In this document: in pieces, positions 63,315 through 64,000 of the stretch | How positions within the stretch are numbered: position 1 is the stretch's first letter | How the letters are laid out: each line of letters opens with the position of its first letter | NCBI GenBank assembly: GCA_964494795.1 | Contig: CAZBSV010000078.1 | Location: 7,713-71,712, forward strand | Direction: 5' to 3' | From: an uncultured Spirochaetales bacterium | GTDB taxonomy: Bacteria > Myxococcota_A > UBA9160 > SMWR01 | Length of the DNA: 64,000 nt | Program-made: the position numbers and the translations under genes | The notes under the pieces: model-generated | Seen by the model: only the letters and a program-made list of their open reading frames with translations | The model's database searches: none | Told to the model about the DNA's origin: nothing

Positions 63315-64000
63315 ATGGGGACCGCAGCGGATTCTGGACGAGGCGCTCACGGCGAATATTCGGCGCGACTTGGCAGCCGCCGGGCCGAGGCCGCGATTCG
63401 CACACGGCACGCTGCGATCGCGGCGAATCTGCGCTTGCTGGTATTTGCGATCGGTGTCGTGGTGGCGTGGCTTGTCTTCGGCAGCCGAACGTTGCCGCCG
63501 CTTTGGCTCGGGCCGCCAATTCTGTGCTTCGTCGCGCTGGTCATCGCGCACGATCGTTTGCTCGTCGTACGCGAGCGCGCGCTGCGCTCGGTGGCGTACT
63601 ACGAGCGGGCGCTGTCGAGGCTCGAGTCGCGCTGGGTGGGTGGTGGCACGCAGGGCGAACGCTTCCAGGATTCGGATCACCCTTATGCGGACGATCTCGA
63701 CCTGGTAGGGAAGGGCTCGCTGTTCGAGTACTTGTGCGAGGCGCGCACCCGCGCAGGCGAGGACACCCTCGCTGCCTGGTTGTCGGCTCCGGCCGCCCCG
63801 GCCGAGATCCGAGGCCGCCAGGCAGCGGTTCGCGAGCTCGCTCCGCGCCTCGATCTGCGTGAAGACCTCGCCCGACTCGGCGACGAGGTCCGGGCGGGTC
63901 TCCATCCCGAAACGGTCTGCCGCTGGGGGACGGCGCCGCCGATCCTTTCTTCGCGGATTCCCGCCGCGACTGCAGCGGGGCTCGCAGTCCTCGCGCTCGC
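63315..64000 (+). CDS. MutS-related protein (membrane-anchored MutS domain III/V paralogue), 3' end cut by the window edge
   Basis: My own translation from ATG 63315 reads ...AANLRLLVFAIGVVVAWLVF...PPILCFVALVIAHD (two TM), then HPYADDLDLVGKGSLFEYLCEARTRAGEDTLAAWL, typical of MutS-family paralogues. Open to the window end, so absent from the ORF track. Confidence 0.7.
   Translation, partial: MGTAADSGRGAHGEYSARLGSRRAEAAIRTRHAAIAANLRLLVFAIGVVVAWLVFGSRTLPPLWLGPPILCFVALVIAHDRLLVVRERALRSVAYYERALSRLESRWVGGGTQGERFQDSDHPYADDLDLVGKGSLFEYLCEARTRAGEDTLAAWLSAPAAPAEIRGRQAAVRELAPRLDLREDLARLGDEVRAGLHPETVCRWGTAPPILSSRIPAATAAGLAVLAL

Noticed and set aside
1-64000. tRNA, rRNA, tmRNA, RNase P RNA, SRP RNA and tRNA-Sec genes.
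   Set aside because: I scanned the intergenic regions by eye for the conserved T-loop (GGTTCGAATCC-like), the RNase P P4 (GAGGAAAGTCCGG) and the SRP (GGAAGGAAGCAGCC) signatures and found none. This was not an exhaustive computational search.

Overview
This is a gene-dense, visibly high-G+C chromosomal segment from a diderm bacterium, as shown by LptD, LapA and LapB-like proteins, IHF-beta and an exosortase. The gene content has a Myxococcota/Desulfobacterota-like flavour, but the lineage cannot be assigned from this sequence alone. I support about 60 protein genes, most of them housekeeping. They include a complete, translationally coupled trpEGDCFBA operon and a pheA-hisC-tyrA-rpsA-ihfB-lapA-lapB block. 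There is also a mutS-amidase-xerD-CCA operon with overlapping junctions, scpA-scpB-rluB, pyk, gloA, queG, dcd, dtd, coaE and lptD. I saw no rRNA, tRNA or CRISPR array. Five things deserve a second look. (1) selD is a selenoprotein gene with an in-frame TGA at the catalytic Cys/Sec position and a SECIS-like hairpin, and the ORF track truncates it. A 20-bp x7 tandem array sits directly upstream of it. (2) A P-loop kinase::dCMP-deaminase fusion (DcdV / anti-phage dCTP-deaminase architecture) has its start codon inside a perfect 23-bp tandem duplication. (3) An accessory island of about 4 kb (about 19.7-23.8 kb) holds a tyrosine-recombinase remnant, higBA, a visibly lower-G+C DUF6933-like gene and a class-II Fic protein. 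Copies of a dispersed repeat border it. (4) Several intergenic repeat families are present: an AT-rich 32-bp x4 array in the exosortase promoter region, a CTAG-bounded double-hairpin element in two copies, and a composite repeat at three loci. (5) Near-perfect short tandem duplications are unusually frequent, both inside genes and at gene ends. Many long ORFs in the supplied track are antisense or off-frame artefacts typical of GC-rich DNA and were not called.
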